DNA of 58,923 nt, taken from Gemmataceae bacterium (GTDB lineage: Bacteria; Planctomycetota; Planctomycetia; Gemmatales; Gemmataceae). The notes beneath the pieces were generated by a model. The model searched no databases. It was given only the letters and a program-made list of their open reading frames with translations, and was not told the origin of the DNA. Shown here piece by piece: positions 1 through 10,359 of this stretch; position 1 is the stretch's first letter, and the number at the start of each line of letters is the position of its first letter. The position numbers and the translations under genes are program-made. Location of the stretch: positions 1-58,923 of the forward strand of contig DATGZX010000367.1 of assembly GCA_035296965.1 (NCBI GenBank). The letters run 5' to 3'.

Positions 1-10
1 TGAAACCCAG

Positions 11-140
11 CGCGGCAAAACTAGTGTCGCGATTGTGCGGCAAAACCGGTGTCGGAATTAACCGGCAAAACTCCTTGTCGACATTATGCGGCAAAACTGG
101 ATGTCGGGATTAGTCGGCAAAACCTTATGTCGGGTGACAC
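11..140. repeat. Five tandem copies of a degenerate ~25-27 bp unit (consensus roughly GCGGCAAAAC-N4-TGTCG-N2-ATT-N2). The array runs into the left edge of the window and may continue upstream.
   Basis: Direct reading: gcggcaaaactagtgtcgcgattgt / gcggcaaaaccggtgtcggaattaac / cggcaaaactccttgtcgacattat / gcggcaaaactggatgtcgggattagt / cggcaaaaccttatgtcgggtgacacc. There are no unique spacers between units, so this is not CRISPR-like. Confidence 0.6.
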
Positions 141-560
141 CAGCAGAAGCCCCATCGCCGGCCATCGCGGCCGCGGCCGGCCCAGCAGGTAGGCCAACCC
201 CACGATCCCGAGCAGAAAAGCGGTGAGGTGAATTATGGGGAAGCTCCGCAGCGAGAATTCGCGATGATGTTCATAGCCGATCCACCAGACGAGGACCCCA
301 ACGCCGGCCACGACGAAAAGCGTTCCGCCGATCCAGGGCCAGCGGACGGCCATCAGCGCGAGGGCTGTAAGGATGGCCGCGGGCGACAGATAGTGCAAGG
401 TGATCCATAAGTTTCCGGATAGAGACGAGGCCCACCAGCCCTCATGGAAGTTCTCCAGCGTGCCAAACCATGCCCAGAAACAACTCGCCACCAGGCTAAC
501 AACGACCGCGCACCAGCCGATCACCACCCTGGTTGTGCTCACCGCCACAGGAGCATTCAT
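84..560 (-). CDS. Hypothetical integral membrane protein, about 4 predicted TM helices
   Basis: 158-aa ORF with several long hydrophobic stretches (VVIGWCAVVVSLVASCFWAWF, LSPAAILTALALMAV, GGTLFVVAGVGVLVWWIGY, IIHLTAFLLGIVGLAYLL). The 3' end of the ORF overlaps the tandem repeat array, so its C-terminus is uncertain. Confidence 0.45.
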   Translation of the reverse strand: MNAPVAVSTTRVVIGWCAVVVSLVASCFWAWFGTLENFHEGWWASSLSGNLWITLHYLSPAAILTALALMAVRWPWIGGTLFVVAGVGVLVWWIGYEHHREFSLRSFPIIHLTAFLLGIVGLAYLLGRPRPRWPAMGLLLVSPDIRFCRLIPTSSFAA

Positions 561-739
561 GCCCTCTCCTCCAACTGCACGACATCAAAAATCGGCGTCG
601 GTTCATTCTTTCCCTGCCTTGGGCGGGAAAAATGAACTGACGCCGTGACACCGATTTCCTTGAGGATATTCCTTTCTCCGGCCAACCTCCGAAAGCAGCG
701 TTGGAGTTTCCCTCGTCCAGTTCACATGCGCGAGACCTG

Positions 740-1213
740 CTACTTGCTCTTGCGGCTAACCGGTGGCAAGCGCTTGATGAGAAGAGGAGTGATGTCGACC
801 GTCTCGACCGATTTGTCCTGGAACAGAGGCTCCTCAACAATCAAGGATACGCTCGCCTCTTTGGCGATGGCCGGTAATTCTGCCTTCAACTGACTTAGCA
901 CATTAGTAAGCGGGGCTTTCCCCAGCAGTTGCCTGTGGGCCTCTTCCTGTAAAGCGGCGCCGGCCGCTTCCAGCTCCGCGACCTTCTTTTGGTCGCCCAG
1001 GGACTTGGCCTTGTCCCGCTGGGCCATCAGGTCTTTCAGCTGAGTATCCCAGTATTTCGAGTGGTAAAAGGCAACTAACAACTCCCTGCGCTTGAACGTG
1101 CCGACACGACAACACCCTTTGCTCGAATCTTCGGCCTTCGTCTGCGCCCACGCGACGTGCCCCAAGGAAAGAGTGCAGCCAAGCAATGCCGGCAATAACC
1201 AGTGACGTGTCAT
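740..1213 (-). CDS. Skp/OmpH-like periplasmic chaperone
   Basis: Signal peptide (MTRHWLLPALLGCTLSLGHVAWAQ). The mature part is about 135 aa, rich in K/E/A/L and coiled-coil-like. The C-terminal motif (SLIVEEPLFQDKSVETVDITPLLIKRL) resembles the conserved Skp ending (...VLY...DIT..v...L). Start chosen at the internal Met that begins the signal peptide. Confidence 0.55.
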   Translation of the reverse strand: MTRHWLLPALLGCTLSLGHVAWAQTKAEDSSKGCCRVGTFKRRELLVAFYHSKYWDTQLKDLMAQRDKAKSLGDQKKVAELEAAGAALQEEAHRQLLGKAPLTNVLSQLKAELPAIAKEASVSLIVEEPLFQDKSVETVDITPLLIKRLPPVSRKSK

Positions 1214-1415
1214 GATTGTTCTCCATGTGCTCTGGGAGATGCGCTGAGTTTCCTGTCGCACGCGGACAGAGAAGATTCTATTACCCTACTTGTGGGGCGT
1301 GCTCCGCCGGCGGATATAACGTGGCTATCCGGCATCGGCGGCACTGTCTTGGCGCCGAATGGGCGAAATACCACATGAAGTGGGAGTGGGAAACAAGGGG
1401 AACAAACAAGGACTA

Positions 1416-2237
1416 TTAGTTCGCCACTTTCAGGATAACCTGGAAGCCGAACTCCTTTTTAACAGCCCCGTGGAATGGCTCCAGGTAGCTGATCCAGAGC
1501 GGGTCCAGGGCCGGGTCAGGTGCGAATTCCGCCGAGGCTGCTTTGCAGGGCAACAAGTTCTTGGCGTGGCTGACCCCAACGTGGAAGCCTTGATGTAAGG
1601 TGTAATTGCCCGGAACAACGACGACAGTCACCGGCCCATTGTGGTCGTTGATGGACAGATTATCCCCGCCGCCGACAGCGTGGGGAGGCGAGCACACCGT
1701 GACCAGCTCCGCCGATCCGCAGGCCACCGCCGCGCAGGCTCCGGACTCCTCGGCGACGCCACTCTTGTGATGGCTCCGGAGCAAACCGATCACGCGGGCT
1801 TCCAGTGTGAGATTCAGCTTCCTTGCCTCCGGCTTCGCCGGCCCAATCTCGATGCATTGCGTCAGATCGAAGTCTAGTGCGGTCATCGAGTCCTTGCACG
1901 GATGTGCGCCGGCGACGGCCACGCCGGTCATGGTGACGACCACGACGTCGGGAGTGGGCTGGGCCACGTCGATGTTACCACCAGCCGTGTGCTGGAAGCC
2001 AGTTCGTTGTGGGATGGCCTGTCCGCGCCGCTCGTGCAGGGTAATGGCCGGAGGCGGAAGGGGTCCAGGCGATTGCGCCGGTCCTTGCGCCTGGAGCGTT
2101 GCAGCCACAACCGATGGCACCGTCTTACGCGCGGACCCCGCGCAGCCCTCGGCCTTTTCCGTTCCCGGGACAGCTCCTCCCGCCCAGAGTGCAGCCGGCA
2201 GCAAGAACGCGACCATTCCCAGCGAGATTGTCTTCAT
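1416..2237 (-). CDS. Secreted hypothetical protein
   Basis: 273-aa ORF with an N-terminal signal peptide (MKTISLGMVAFLLPAALWAGGA). I recognise no family. It contains several Cys residues and a Pro-rich linker. Confidence 0.45.
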   Translation of the reverse strand: MKTISLGMVAFLLPAALWAGGAVPGTEKAEGCAGSARKTVPSVVAATLQAQGPAQSPGPLPPPAITLHERRGQAIPQRTGFQHTAGGNIDVAQPTPDVVVVTMTGVAVAGAHPCKDSMTALDFDLTQCIEIGPAKPEARKLNLTLEARVIGLLRSHHKSGVAEESGACAAVACGSAELVTVCSPPHAVGGGDNLSINDHNGPVTVVVVPGNYTLHQGFHVGVSHAKNLLPCKAASAEFAPDPALDPLWISYLEPFHGAVKKEFGFQVILKVAN

Positions 2238-2282
2238 CCCTGCAGAACCTCCTGTGCTTGCAAACTTCCCATCGTTCGGTCG

Positions 2283-3500
2283 CTACCACCGCAAGATCAC
2301 ATCGGTCGCGGCGGTGAAGAGCCCGTGCTTGTTTTCGAAGGGGCGCGTCTCGTCGTTGTCATCGCAGCGCAGCTCGGGACGGATGATGATGCCAGGGAGT
2401 AGGCGAAACGACAGCCCGGCCGTCAGCGCGCTGTAGAGACCGCGGAACCCCGTGCGCTGCCCTTGAGCATCGTCGAAGAATTCAAGCCGTGCGGTCCCGC
2501 TTAGCCTGGGCGCAAAGTTGTACGTCAGGTAGTTGACGACGCCGAACCAGTTGGCATCGCCAATGTTCGGCACATTGGTCTCGAAGCCGAAAAGCCCTTC
2601 CAGGCTGTAGCTGAGTTGCGCACCGAATTTGTGGGTATATACGAGGTCGAAGATTTCAGGATTATTGAAGTTCTGAGCCTGGTTGAAATTGCCAGAGCCG
2701 ATGATCACGGAATATTGCACGCTGTCGCGGTTGCTGGGAGGAGCCCACTTGATGCTGCCAATAAAGGTCGGCTCGTCCACCGGATCGATGAAGACATCGC
2801 AGCCAAGTACAAGGCCGGCTTGAACCGACCACGCGTCCGTGAGCTTTAGGGTTGCCAACAGCCCTGTGTGGGTGAACGGGTCGTAGATGAACGTGTAGGC
2901 GTGGGAGAAAAGTGCGTTGCTGGGGGCGTCATTCGCCTCCACTCCGTATTGGGCAAAAAACCGACCGAGTTTGATGTCAAGGCCGTTCCCCACCGTGGGA
3001 AGGTATGCTTCGGCGTAGAACTGAATCGGGTCGATTCCGTAGAGGCGTGGCTGGCCACGATCGGCCGTCAATTGATCGTCGAAGATTCCGCGCGCTAAGG
3101 TAAAGCGGTAATCGCTTCCGGGAAGAATCGTGTCGCTCCGGAAGCCAAATGTAGGATCGGTGGTGCCGGTGGTGACGACCGTCCTCTCAATCCGCAACCA
3201 GTTTTGTTGCAAGAGGAACTCATTCGCGCGGTAGTTAAAACCCATGGGAAGGTTGCTATGTTCGTCGGAGCTGCCGGTATAGGAGAGGTCCGTCCAGCCA
3301 GAGACCTGGAGGCGATTACTGTCCAAGAGGGAACCTTCCCAGGTACCTTGCAACAACTTCATCAGCAGCCAGCGGTCTGGAAGGGGAGGAGGAACGGAGC
3401 TAGTAGGCTCAGTTGTGGAAGCGTCCGAAGGGGGAACAGCGGGTGTCGAATCGGTTTCGCCGAGAGCCAAGGACATGCCCAGGAAGATGCAGAACAGCAT
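2283..3500 (-). CDS. Outer-membrane beta-barrel (porin-like) protein
   Basis: 405-aa ORF with a signal peptide and a Ser/Thr/Pro-rich N-terminal linker. The body alternates hydrophilic and aromatic residues in a Gly/Tyr/Phe-rich pattern typical of OM beta-barrels, and it ends in an aromatic residue (...DVILRW). Confidence 0.45.
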   Translation of the reverse strand: MLFCIFLGMSLALGETDSTPAVPPSDASTTEPTSSVPPPLPDRWLLMKLLQGTWEGSLLDSNRLQVSGWTDLSYTGSSDEHSNLPMGFNYRANEFLLQQNWLRIERTVVTTGTTDPTFGFRSDTILPGSDYRFTLARGIFDDQLTADRGQPRLYGIDPIQFYAEAYLPTVGNGLDIKLGRFFAQYGVEANDAPSNALFSHAYTFIYDPFTHTGLLATLKLTDAWSVQAGLVLGCDVFIDPVDEPTFIGSIKWAPPSNRDSVQYSVIIGSGNFNQAQNFNNPEIFDLVYTHKFGAQLSYSLEGLFGFETNVPNIGDANWFGVVNYLTYNFAPRLSGTARLEFFDDAQGQRTGFRGLYSALTAGLSFRLLPGIIIRPELRCDDNDETRPFENKHGLFTAATDVILRW

Positions 3501-4438
3501 GTGGAAGTCCTAGCCGGGGTGCCGAGGCTCTGTGTCCCACTGCGCGGCATCCCGCTTTTCTCTGCTCCCCATGTCTCTTGAAAGCCCTGGATCAAAATCG
3601 CGCCAAATCGACAAAAAAAGCCGCCGTGCTTTCTTGGTAAGCACAGAGCGGCATGGAAAGTGACGAAGGGTAACCCAACCACTTGTCACCAGAGGAATTA
3701 TCGGTTTGTTAACCCAAGCAGCTTGAGGCGAACAGACAAAAACTGTCCAAATGGTCCGGCACAAGACTCCCTTGCGAATCGCGTGCGATGAATCGCGCTT
3801 GGTACCCGGCCGTATTAGCGGTTCGAACCGGAGCGCCATGAACTACGAGTGCGCAGCACTCGGGACGAATATCGAAGCCCCGAGCGAAGGGTCGGGACGC
3901 AAAGGTGCCGCTCAACGCAGCCCTTGCGGACCGACTCTGCGGTGACAGGGAGCGTGGCCAGACGGAAGCATTTCACACCGCAAAGGGCGCGAGCGGCCAC
4001 GCGTAATAAATTCACTTGGCACTTTGGGCTAGTCCGGCGGAATGGCCACAGCTCGCAGCTGTTTCGGAAGATTGTTACAGGCCGAACAGAGCCATTTCCA
4101 CGAAACTGGAGCCATCATTTCGCTTGCATTGCGGCGCAGGTGAGCTAGCGCATTAATGGGTGCACGCAACGACGCGGAGCGGCCGGAGCGGCGATCCAAC
4201 GCGGGGGCGTCGGATCGAGGGAAACTCCCTGAAGCGCAAGCCTTTCGATGGGGGGCGAGGATACGAACCGGGTTCTCGCGGAGCTTCCGAGGACACCCGG
4301 ATGGATCGCCAGAAGCGCGGCGTGGGCAGATTCTCTTTGGGCCAACCTGCATGCTTGACAGGGCGCTGCCCTCGATATCGTTCTGCTATATTAGCGGCCA
4401 GAGAGTCTGTGTATATCGCTGTACCTGGACTAGAGCGC

Positions 4439-6676
4439 ATGAGCCGCACGCAGACCCGCCGCCGACCGCCTGCCTTCAATCCGGCACTCCTCATTGGACT
4501 GACTCTCGTCCTCCTGACGCTCGTGGTCTACTATCCCGTCGTCAATAATCAATTTGTGAACCTGGACGACAACCTCTACGTCACGGGCAATCCTAATGTT
4601 CAGGCCGGCCTGACCAGGGAAAACATCGCCTGGGCTTTTACTTCGCTCACCTCTGCCAACTGGCATCCCCTGACCATGCTTTCCCTGCTGGCTGATAGCG
4701 AGCTTTCGAAAAAGGACCTGCGAACGGGAAGTCGGGGCCCGACGCTCTTCCACCTTACCAACCTGATTCTCCATTGCGCCTCGACCTTTGTGTTGTTTTG
4801 GGTCCTTCAGCGCATGACTGGCTGCCTGTGGAGATGCGCCTGGGTCGCGGCACTTTTCTCCCTCCATCCTCTCCATGTCGAATCTGTGGCTTGGGTAGCC
4901 GAACGAAAAGACGTGCTCAGTGGGCTGTTCTGGATGCTTTCGCTCCTGGCCTACCTGCGGTACGTCGAAGCTCCGAGCTGGCAGCGCTCGCTGATTGTGG
5001 CCCTGATGATGGCGTTTGGGCTGCTGGCCAAATCCATGCTCGTGTCGCTGCCGGTGGTGTTCCTGCTTCTGGATTGCTGGCCTCTGGGCAGGTTGTCTTT
5101 TGCGGGGACTTCCCCCGAAGCCTTCACGACCCGGAAGCCCCAGAGAGCGACCGAGAGTTTCTGGGTCCTCCTCCGCCAGAAGATACCGTATCTGGCTCTC
5201 AGCGGATTGTTTTGTGTGATCGCGTTGGTTGCCCAATGGCAAGGGGAGTCTTTGACGCCGTTCACAGTTAGCCCGATTGTGTCCCGGCTTCAACTCGTCC
5301 CTGTGGCCTACGTTGTCTATCTACGCAAGATGCTTTGGCCCTTCGATCTCGTTCCCTTCTATCCCTATCCCAGAGATGGTTTACCAGCCTGGCAAGTGGC
5401 CTGTGCGGCACTCCTGCTGATCGGCATCACTGTGCTTGCCTGGAGGGAAAGGCTGCGCCGGCCGTACCTCTTGATGGGTTGGCTCTGGTACCTGGTGACC
5501 CTGGTACCTGTGATCGGTCTCGTACAGGTGGGTCATCAGGCGTACGCGGATCGTTACACGTATCTTCCACTCGTCGGCATCTTTATCATGCTCGCATGGG
5601 GGTTTGCGGATCTAATAACGGGCTGGAGCAACCGCAGGGTCGTCTCGGCTGCCTTGGCCGTCTGCACACTCGTTGCGTGCTTGACGATCACGCGCACCCA
5701 GATCGGCTACTGGAAGGACAACTTTCATCTTTGGGAACACACCCTGAAGGTATCGCCCGAGAATTACCTGGCGCACAATAATCTTGGGAGCGCCCTGCTG
5801 GAAGCTAAAAAGCTTGACGAAGCGGTCGATCATTTCACGACTGCCGTCGCTCTCAATCCAAAGTACGACCGCCTTCGGTACAACCTTGCCATGGGATTGT
5901 TTCAGCAAGGGAAGATAGCACAGGCTTTGCAATGCATGCAGACTGCGCTCCAATTCAATCCCGACAATGACCGTGCCCACGTGGTGCTAGGCCGTCTATG
6001 CATGCTCCAGGGCCAGATGGAAGAGGCAGTGAGCCATTTTCAACAGGCGCTTCGCCTCAATCCGGACAATCCTGGAAGAGTGGACGTGTATTTGCTTCTG
6101 GGCCAGGCCCTCATGACCCAGGGTAACCCGGAAGAAGCGGCACAACAGTTCGCCCAAGTGACCCGGCTCGCTCCCGACAGCCCGGATGGTCACCAGCTGC
6201 TTGGCATCGCCTTGGGGAGGTTGCAGCGCTGGCCGGAAGCGGCAGCCAGTCTGGAGCGCGCGGTCGAGCTTTCTCCCAAGAATCCAACCTATCGGTGCGA
6301 CCTTGCTCTAGCGCTCTTCGAGATGGGCGAACCCCAGAGGTCGGCTGGACAATACAAAAAAGCCTCGGAATTGCAGCCTGACTGGATGGCCAAGTTCCAT
6401 GCGCTGGCCGGCAAACTGCTTGAAGCAAAGGGCGTAAGGCTGCCTGAAGGCCAACGAGCACTCGAGCTTGCCACCGAGCTCTGCCAGGCCAGCGCGTATC
6501 GAAATCCACAATTCCTGGAGACGCTGGCCGCCGCCTATGCCGCGACCGGCCAAAGAGAAAAAGCGTGGCAGACATCACAAAAAGCGATCGAGCTGGCTAC
6601 AGCGAGTGGACAAAAGGCGCTGGCGGAGCAAATCCGGGAGCGCGGAAAATCCTACCAGGACAGCCGTGCGAAATAA
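4439..6676 (+). CDS. TPR-repeat integral membrane protein of the DUF1736/TMTC-like (PMT-fold glycosyltransferase-like) type
   Basis: The N-terminal TM helix is followed by the motif NLDDNLYVTGNPNVQAGLTRENIAWAFTS...ANWHPLTMLS, which is characteristic of TMTC/DUF1736 proteins. There are about 10 TM helices in the first ~450 aa and a run of TPR repeats in the C-terminal ~300 aa. Start set at the Met beginning MSRTQTRRRPPAFNPALLIGLTLVLL; the track ORF extends further upstream. Confidence 0.65.
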   Translation: MSRTQTRRRPPAFNPALLIGLTLVLLTLVVYYPVVNNQFVNLDDNLYVTGNPNVQAGLTRENIAWAFTSLTSANWHPLTMLSLLADSELSKKDLRTGSRGPTLFHLTNLILHCASTFVLFWVLQRMTGCLWRCAWVAALFSLHPLHVESVAWVAERKDVLSGLFWMLSLLAYLRYVEAPSWQRSLIVALMMAFGLLAKSMLVSLPVVFLLLDCWPLGRLSFAGTSPEAFTTRKPQRATESFWVLLRQKIPYLALSGLFCVIALVAQWQGESLTPFTVSPIVSRLQLVPVAYVVYLRKMLWPFDLVPFYPYPRDGLPAWQVACAALLLIGITVLAWRERLRRPYLLMGWLWYLVTLVPVIGLVQVGHQAYADRYTYLPLVGIFIMLAWGFADLITGWSNRRVVSAALAVCTLVACLTITRTQIGYWKDNFHLWEHTLKVSPENYLAHNNLGSALLEAKKLDEAVDHFTTAVALNPKYDRLRYNLAMGLFQQGKIAQALQCMQTALQFNPDNDRAHVVLGRLCMLQGQMEEAVSHFQQALRLNPDNPGRVDVYLLLGQALMTQGNPEEAAQQFAQVTRLAPDSPDGHQLLGIALGRLQRWPEAAASLERAVELSPKNPTYRCDLALALFEMGEPQRSAGQYKKASELQPDWMAKFHALAGKLLEAKGVRLPEGQRALELATELCQASAYRNPQFLETLAAAYAATGQREKAWQTSQKAIELATASGQKALAEQIRERGKSYQDSRAK

Positions 6677-7185
6677 CTTCAGGCAGAGAGCACTCACGCC
6701 TGCCGCCTTAGAGCCTACCGTTTCTCCTCTGACTGAATCTGGCGGGGCAGGTCCTCGACGAGCCTCATTTCACGCACCACTTTTCTTTCTCGTTCTGTTA
6801 GCACTTGTATTTACCAGGAATCAGGCGTGAGGATGCGGGTTGAACGTCGATAACGGCTCGACAGCAACTGTCAGCAACACGACCTTCATCTGGAACGTAG
6901 CCCCTGGCGGGGCCGGCGGCCCGGGTGACACCGGCGCGGCGGGCGGCACCGGTGCCACCGGCGAGGGAGGCGCTCTCTCAAGCACAGATTCGACCACCGG
7001 CGTGATCAAGAATGCTGGAGGCGCCCTTGAGGACATGCAAATCTGCGGAGGGAAAGGAATCCCTCAAGCACTCCTCTCCGCTCGCGCTGCTGCGAGACCT
7101 CCCTTACTCTGCTTGGCGTTTGACATGGGTGTGGTACCGTTGCTAGTCTTCAGGGTACCGTTACCATATCTCGAGGAGAACGCCT

Positions 7186-8526
<1,341 letters not shown>

Positions 8527-8911
8527 GGGACCGGGTGAAAACCTTACGGCCCTGTGCGCAGGCGAGGAGGGATCCGCTTCACCCGCGAGGACGAAGCGTT
8601 TGAAGCAGCGCAATAGGGAGTTCGAGTGCATAAGCATGAACGCGTCGCAGCCGGGCCCTCTTTGCTCGGCGCTGACACAAATATTCACGGATTCCGGATG
8701 ACTCATTGGCGTCACGCAGGCCACCGCGCCAGCCGAAACACGGAAATGGCCACGATCAGTCAAATCGAATTGCGGTCACGCTTTGCAAAGGGGCAAACCG
8801 CCTCCCGTCGTGCAAACGAGGATGTCGAGTTCAGGGCGACCTGGTAGTTGTTTGCGCGTGGGTGAACGACAGAAATCTTCTTCGTTCCGCTAACAGCCAT
8901 GCGAATCCGCT

Positions 8912-8944
8912 CCAGCCTGGTTCCTCACCAGGCTGGTTTTCATT
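8912..8944 (+). terminator. Intrinsic-terminator-like hairpin: 10-bp perfect GC-rich stem, 5-nt loop, then a T-tract
   Basis: The sequence is ccagcctggt-tcctc-accaggctgg followed by ttttcatttcc. It lies about 390 bp downstream of the Gfo/Idh/MocA stop codon. Confidence 0.5.
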
Positions 8945-8975
8945 TCCTGTCTCTCTCGATATACCTTTCTCCTGA

Positions 8976-9087
8976 GGGCGTGTTGAAAAAGGGGTCAGAC
9001 TCCTTGAGTTCGGCAGAGCCTGGTGTCTCAGAAATGGGCGGAGTGCCTCGATTCTCCAGGGGGTCTGACCCCTTTTTCAACACGCCC
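8976..9087. repeat. Palindromic element copy A: perfect 25-bp terminal inverted repeats (gggcgtgttgaaaaaggggtcagac) flanking about 58 bp
   Basis: The left arm at 8976-9000 and the reverse complement of 9063-9087 are identical. The 17-bp core TGAAAAAGGGGTCAGAC is shared with copy B at about 49155-49266. The core itself contains the mini-palindrome GGGGTCAGACCCC. Confidence 0.65.
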
Positions 9088-9126
9088 TGAGAACCGACCG
9101 CTCATTTTTACCAGGGAGAGCATCGC

Positions 9127-10293
9127 ATGGGCTTCTTCACCGGCCGGGTCAGCTTCCTGCGCTACCGCATTGAGCGCGCAGCCCCCAAGCTGTTCGGCCC
9201 CGAGCATCTGGAGAAGCTGGAGGCCCACGCTCCCGGCAAGCAGCGACTTCAGAGCAAGGATAGCACCGAGGCGGGTTGGACTGCGGGCGACGATATCCTC
9301 GACACGGACTTCGATCTCGCTAAAAACATCGTCAACGACACGCTGCACTTCGCGCTGCGTCTGGACACGCAACGATTGCCCGGCGACCTGCTGCGCGCCT
9401 ATACACGTATCGAACTGCAGGCCTTAGCCGCCGACAACCCGAGCGGCCGGCCCAGCCTCAAGCAAAAGAAACAAGCACGGGAGGCGGCCCGCGAGAGGCT
9501 GGAGGCCGAAGCCAAGGACGGCCGGTACCTGCGGCGGAAGGTATATCCCCTGCTTTACGATCGCCTCTCAAATGCCCTCCTCGTCGGTGCAACGTCGGGC
9601 GCCGTGCTGGATCACGTTCAAAAACTGTTCAAAGAGACTTTTGGCGCTAACCTCACGCTTATCGATGCCGGCCAACGTGCCATCGACAGCGGTCCGGCCC
9701 GTGCCGTGGCGGATGCCCGACCCTCCGAGTTTGTTGCCGGCAGCGGCGGAGGGGACGTCGCCTGGGCTCCCGACCCCGCCAACCCGCGCTACCTGGGCAA
9801 TGAATTCCTCTTGTGGCTCTGGTTTGTCCTGGAAGTGGAAGAGGACTTCGTCGCCCTCCCGGACAAGTCGGACGTGTCGGTCATGCTCGCCCGCACGCTG
9901 GTGCTGGATTGTCCTCGTGCCCAGTCTGGCCGCGCTAGCATCCGCAGTGACGCCCCAACCCGCTTACCTGAAGCTGCGCGGGCCATTCAGGCCGGCAAGC
10001 TGCCCCGCCAGGCCGGTCTGATCGTGGTACGCCATGGCCAGCAGTTCGAACTTACGCTGCAAGCCGAAACCTTGGCTGTGAGTGCCGCCAAATTGCCGGC
10101 TCTCGAGGAAGAGGACGACCGGGCTCTGCTCGAAGAGCGCGTCGGGCAAATCCGCCATTTGATCGAGACCTTGGACCTGCTCTATGAGGCGTTCCTGCAG
10201 AGGCGGCTGTCGGTCAATTGGCCCAAAGAGCTGAAGCGCGTGCAGCGCTGGTTGAAGCGCGACGACGGGAATCGTTTGGCGACGACGGCGTGA
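9127..10293 (+). CDS. rdgC: RdgC-like recombination-associated protein
   Basis: The N-terminus MGFFTGRVSFLRYRI resembles the RdgC start (MLWFKNLMVYRL). The conserved GW region and the central KKQAREAARERLEAEAKDGRY...LLYDRLSNALLVG block align, from memory, with the E. coli RdgC segment [31 protein letters not shown]. Total length of 388 aa fits. Confidence 0.5.
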   Translation: MGFFTGRVSFLRYRIERAAPKLFGPEHLEKLEAHAPGKQRLQSKDSTEAGWTAGDDILDTDFDLAKNIVNDTLHFALRLDTQRLPGDLLRAYTRIELQALAADNPSGRPSLKQKKQAREAARERLEAEAKDGRYLRRKVYPLLYDRLSNALLVGATSGAVLDHVQKLFKETFGANLTLIDAGQRAIDSGPARAVADARPSEFVAGSGGGDVAWAPDPANPRYLGNEFLLWLWFVLEVEEDFVALPDKSDVSVMLARTLVLDCPRAQSGRASIRSDAPTRLPEAARAIQAGKLPRQAGLIVVRHGQQFELTLQAETLAVSAAKLPALEEEDDRALLEERVGQIRHLIETLDLLYEAFLQRRLSVNWPKELKRVQRWLKRDDGNRLATTA

Positions 10294-10359
10294 AGATAAA
10301 TCCGCATCGTGAGTTGACGACACTTTGTTCTCTCCTATTTCCTCCTGGAAGGAGGCAGT

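Noticed and set aside
1-150. Possible CRISPR array at the left edge
   Set aside because: The repeat units are directly adjacent with no unique spacers. The unit of about 26 bp is degenerate, unlike CRISPR repeats. It is reported as a tandem repeat instead.
4355-4398. TTGACA hexamer at 4355-4360 upstream of the TMTC-like gene as a sigma-70 promoter
   Set aside because: No acceptable -10 hexamer lies at 16-19 bp spacing. The TATATT-like sequences further down are 26 bp or more away. Planctomycete promoter consensus is poorly defined, so this is not called.
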